NCBI GenBank assembly: GCA_002787255.1
Contig: PCWD01000012.1
Location: 8,425 to 41,546, forward strand
Direction of reading: 5' to 3'
Length of the DNA: 33,122 nucleotides
Origin: Parcubacteria group bacterium CG11_big_fil_rev_8_21_14_0_20_39_14
GTDB lineage: Bacteria; Patescibacteriota; Minisyncoccia; Minisyncoccales; GCA-002787255
Translations under genes and position numbers: made by a program
Notes under the pieces: generated by a model
What the model saw: the letters and a program-made list of their open reading frames with translations, nothing else
Told to the model about the DNA's origin: nothing
Databases searched by the model: none
Shown: positions 29,433 through 33,122 of the stretch, piece by piece
How positions within the stretch are numbered: the first letter of the stretch is position 1
Layout of the letters: each line of letters starts with the position of its first letter

Positions 29433-29506
29433 AAAAAGTCCTTGGCATGGAGCCTGCACTGAGCGGAGCCGAAGTGCCTTGGATAGCACCTTAAGGGAGG
29501 TTCACT

Positions 29507-30283
29507 GTGAGCCAACAAAAAGGAAAAGTGGTAAGATTTTTTGAGTATTGTCTTGAAAGGTCGCAGCTAGCCCTGAATGATGAGGCAATTCCCGAGCTGC
29601 GTCAGGAAATAATTCACAGCGAGTTGTCTCCAGACAAAACTTGGCGAGAAGCTAAGCGTCGCCTTCAAAAATTAAGAACCACTGCGGAACTTAATCAAGA
29701 AGATGAAACACTTGCTCGTTCTTATTGGTGGTTAGCCAAAACCAAAAGAGACTACCGAAAGCAATTTGAAAAAACAATACAACCGGAGGAAAAAAAGATG
29801 GAAGAAAAGGAAATTTTTATCTTTGCCGATGAAGTAAGAACTCGGAGTGAATTAAGTCGGATTTGGCTATTCCTTAAATTTAACGATATGGGAAGTTTGC
29901 TTTGGAATGCAATGAATTTTTTAGTTCAAACCGACATTAAGGATTGGAGCGGAATTTCTAATAAGTTTTTTTGTGGCGATCCAAAATTAGCCGCTAAATT
30001 CAAAGAAAAAATGCTCCGAATCCTTGAACAAGACTCTGGATTAGAGCCATTTATTGAGGTTCTGGAAAAGAGGGGCATGAAGGTAAGGATTTGCGGGAAT
30101 TGCAAGCATTTTCATGACACTTTGCCGTCATATGTTATTGTTGGCGATGGAAGAAGGGATGATTATTTTCATTGTCGCTACCGAGAAGAAAATCTATTAC
30201 CCAAGAAAGAAGAATACTTCGGTCGCATCAGACCAGATAGAACCTGTCAATACTGGACCCCAAAAGAAAAAGAAGTTTCCTAA
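29507..30283 (+). CDS. Hypothetical protein with C-terminal Cys motif
   Basis: GTG start after GGGAGG; CGNC, then two more Cys in FHCRY and RTCQYW. Confidence 0.75.
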   Translation: MSQQKGKVVRFFEYCLERSQLALNDEAIPELRQEIIHSELSPDKTWREAKRRLQKLRTTAELNQEDETLARSYWWLAKTKRDYRKQFEKTIQPEEKKMEEKEIFIFADEVRTRSELSRIWLFLKFNDMGSLLWNAMNFLVQTDIKDWSGISNKFFCGDPKLAAKFKEKMLRILEQDSGLEPFIEVLEKRGMKVRICGNCKHFHDTLPSYVIVGDGRRDDYFHCRYREENLLPKKEEYFGRIRPDRTCQYWTPKEKEVS

Positions 30284-30687
30284 AATAGAAGCGGATTCAC
30301 GCCGATAACAAGCGGATTTACGCTGATTTAAAATAGTCCTTTCCAAAGTCCTTTCCAAAGACCTTTCTATGGAAAGGACCTGTATAATGCCAGAAACATA
30401 TTAGACTCCATAAGGCCTTAAGACTTATGGAGTTTTTTAATCACTGGCATTGTAAATACACCGGTGTAAAAGGGTTTGTCAGATTATAAGAAAACCGGGA
30501 CGTGTACCATTCTGACAACCCGGAACGATTATTCCAAGTCGTCAGAAATAATATTTAGGTCAGAGGTCAATTTTTGAACCATCTTTAGATGAACCTTTTC
30601 GAAAATGGCAATGCAACAGATTTGGCCGACTTGCCAGATTTGTTGCCAATTTTTATGTTCACGAGGCTAATCCTCGTGAACTTTAAT

Positions 30688-30740
30688 AAAAAAAAACGCC
30701 CAACTCGATGTTTTGATATTTTGAGAAGCGGGCATTTTTT
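30688..30740 (-). terminator. Probable ald terminator
   Basis: Minus strand GCCCG..CTC...GAG..TGGGCG followed by a long T run. Confidence 0.55.
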
Positions 30741-30748
30741 ATTTTAGA

Positions 30749-31828
30749 TTATAAAAGTTTTTCCAAGGAAACAAATTTTTTATTAAAAGCCTGGGCTAAC
30801 CTGGGATGGGTGATTCTTCCCTTGTAAACATTAACACCCTTTGCCAGAGCCGGATTTTCTTTAACAGCCCTTTCAAATCCTTTGTTAGCCAGTTCTAAAA
30901 TATAGGGGAAGGTCGCTTTAGTCAGGGCAAAAGTTGAAATTTTGGGAACGATTCCCGGCATATTGGCAACGCAATAGTGAATAACTCCGTATTTTTCAAA
31001 AGTCGGGTTTTCGTGGGTTGTGGGATAGGAAGTTTCAACGCATCCGCCCTGGTCAATTGAAACATCAACAATTACCGATTCTGCTTTCATCTTTTTTACC
31101 ATCTCGGTGGTTATTAATTTTGGCGTCTTGGCTCCGGTAACCAGGATTGTTCCAATAAGTAAGTCAATTTCAGTTACCAGCTTTATGAGTAGCTTTTTTT
31201 CAGGCAGGAAAATTTTCAATTTATTTTTAAACTTCTTAAATTTTTCTCTCAAAGATTTGATTCTTCTCGGATTTTTTTCAATTATTATTAATTCAAACCC
31301 TCCGTTAAGAAGAACTTTTGCGGCGTTTTCTCCGGCAATTCCTCCCCCGAGAACCAGCGCTTTTTTTGTTCCCGTTTTTTTTCTTAGCAATTCTAAGCCG
31401 ACTTTTCCTGCCAGTCTTCCGGCAACCTCACTCATGGGTTTGAGAAGGGGCAAGGAGCCATCCAGCAGTTCAACCGTGGCGTAATCAATGGAAGCCACCC
31501 TTTTTTGCATTAATTTTTTGGTTAGTTTTGGAAAAGCAGCTAAGTGAAGATAGGTAAAAAGAATAAGCCCCGGCCTGAAATATTTAAATTCCGATTCTTG
31601 GGGCTCTTTGACCTTAATAATCATATCGGCTCCCCAGATTTTTTTGAGGTCTTTTGTGATTTTTGCGCCGGCTTTTTCAAAATCTTCATTTGAAATTCCC
31701 GATATTTTTCCGCCGTCGTATTCAACCAAAACCCGATGGCTGGCTTCAACAAGTTTGGCCACGCCCTCGGGCGTAATGGCTATTCTTCCCTCTTTTTGTT
31801 TTATTTCTTTTGGAATGCCGATTATCAT
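30749..31828 (-). CDS. ald: Alanine dehydrogenase
   Basis: IGIPKEIK, KVKEP, FTYLHLAA, PMSEVAGR, GGGIAG, DVSIDQGG, HYCVANMPG. Confidence 0.95.
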   Translation of the reverse strand: MIIGIPKEIKQKEGRIAITPEGVAKLVEASHRVLVEYDGGKISGISNEDFEKAGAKITKDLKKIWGADMIIKVKEPQESEFKYFRPGLILFTYLHLAAFPKLTKKLMQKRVASIDYATVELLDGSLPLLKPMSEVAGRLAGKVGLELLRKKTGTKKALVLGGGIAGENAAKVLLNGGFELIIIEKNPRRIKSLREKFKKFKNKLKIFLPEKKLLIKLVTEIDLLIGTILVTGAKTPKLITTEMVKKMKAESVIVDVSIDQGGCVETSYPTTHENPTFEKYGVIHYCVANMPGIVPKISTFALTKATFPYILELANKGFERAVKENPALAKGVNVYKGRITHPRLAQAFNKKFVSLEKLL

Positions 31829-31858
31829 AAGATTAAAATTATTGACTGTTCTATTAGG

Positions 31859-31988
31859 AGACCGTTGAATAATTTAGCGTTGTTCAGCGTAGCTATCAGC
31901 GTTTCTTCAGCGTTATTTAGGTTTTTACGCTGAACTTACGCTGAACAAAACGCTGAAATTACGCAGAAAAATAATTGTTCAACAGTCT
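31859..31988 (-). repeat. TIR-bounded phased mirror element, ald leader
   Basis: AGACCGTTGAATAA / TTGTTCAACAGTCT ends; 4x AGCGT then 4x ACGC(T/A). Confidence 0.8.
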
Positions 31989-32103
31989 GATTGTATATAT
32001 TTTATAGCATAAAAATAATAAAAAAACAACCCTGTCAAGTACCCATTGAATGGGCGATAAAATACAAGCAACTGTCACAAATGTACTCATCTCGTACAAA
32101 GAC

Positions 32104-33122
32104 AGTGTTTTCTAATCAACATAGGAGCCCGAAATGAAGGTGGTGTAAAGCATCGGAAATTGAAGCTTATGATGGTGAAAATTCTCAAATAATTCGTCTT
32201 TAGCTTCTTGCGTCAAAGCGGCAAACTCATTGTCGCTTTGTTTTTTAGCGATGACATCAAGTTTTTCAAAGGTAAGGCCTTCTTTCAAAAATTCTTGGGC
32301 TCCAGGAAGCCTTCTAAGGGCTTCGTAAGGGGTGAGGTATACATTATAGACCTTTTTCTCTTTACCTTTTCTGTCAGTTTTTATCGTGGCAAAGCCACAA
32401 GGCCGATGATAGTTCAAGTAGATGTTTAAATATTCTTTGTCAAATTTATTGATAGCTGAAGCATATTTTTTGGGAATGTATTGGTAGCCAATATGTTTTC
32501 TGATAATGCTGCCGTTCTTGCCTTCTACCAAAGCATTATCATTGGTGTGTCTGGCCCTGGACTTGGTTTGCTGGATTAAGAGCTTGTTTAAGAGTTTGGC
32601 TACTACCTTATTAATGAATTCTGAGCCATTATCTGAATGGAAGCCCAAGATGGTAAAAGGAAATTGAGAAATTAAATCTTCCAGTAAGGGAGCCAAGAAA
32701 TACTCTGAGATTTTTTCCACGCAGCCGACTATTTCCCACTGAGTTATCTCATCAACAATATTGATATGATAGACACCTTTTTCCTTGTCTAAATCGCCCT
32801 GATGAACGGAATCTACCCTTAAATAGCCTGGTTTTCCTTGAGGTTCGGGTTTCTTTCTCTCCCCGATTAGAACCTTAACCGGACCGGTCTTTTTAATGGT
32901 TAAAGAATGAGACTGATACTGTCTGGTGGCTCGGAGATTGTAGATGTGGCTGGAGGAAATCTTACTAATGTTCTGATATTCTCTTTTGCCAAACTCTTGG
33001 TATTCTCTTTCCAGGATTCTTTTAGTGGCTGGCCCTGCCAGATGATAATGGAGATTGTCTGTTTCAATCAGCCGGGCAATGTCTGATGGAGTATATTTTA
33101 TGGGAAAATGATGTCTTTTGGT
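32104..33122 (-). mobile_element. IS with DDE integrase-core transposase (ISNCY/IS481-related), cut by the window end
   Basis: CDS 32112 to beyond 33122 is open; GYLRVDSVHQGD, FHSDNGSEF, DNALVEGKN. Element end inferred near AGTGTTTTC at 32104. Confidence 0.85.

Noticed and set aside
9773..29518. Shared peptide GVTDVSH in track ORFs 9773..9964 and 29270..29518
   Set aside because: It is the translation of a repeated IS end, not a protein family
679..31988. CRISPR array reading of the periodic repeats
   Set aside because: Units are 5-8 bp with 10-12 bp period and mirrored arms; no 23-47 bp repeats with unique spacers and no cas genes
29342..32100. Diversity-generating retroelement TR/VR pair
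   Set aside because: Both copies are non-coding IS ends with one mismatch, and no reverse transcriptase is present
327..32114. Genetic code 25 or global TAG reassignment
   Set aside because: No called gene ends in TGA, but long Gly-rich genes have no internal TGA, and TAG ends several complete genes (962, 1325, 19489, 24230)

Overview
AT-rich bacterial chromosome segment using the standard genetic code. Gene content points to Patescibacteria/CPR, Parcubacteria-like (inference): tandem VirB2/TrbC-like pilins, an orphan solute-binding protein, and a sigma-4/HARE-HTH protein next to a membrane protein and a VirD4-like ATPase. Core genes (gyrA, rpsA, metK) alternate with accessory genes: a divergent ftsH, a stand-alone proline dehydrogenase, a short glucan phosphorylase-like protein, UPF0182, ald and IS remnants. 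The most striking unexplained structure is non-coding. Most intergenic spacers hold mirrored, phased repeats (4-5 short units mostly 10-12 bp apart, then their reverse complements) from several unrelated sequence families, often directly before start codons. Short CCTG(C)-footed hairpins have inserted into these elements and, in frame, into a CDS. Other notable items: three promoter-linked micro-ORFs sharing KPR, two genes with one in-frame TAG near the N-terminus, a phosphorylase lacking the PLP lysine, and chimeric IS ends joined at microhomologies. All family calls come from motif recognition; no database search was run.
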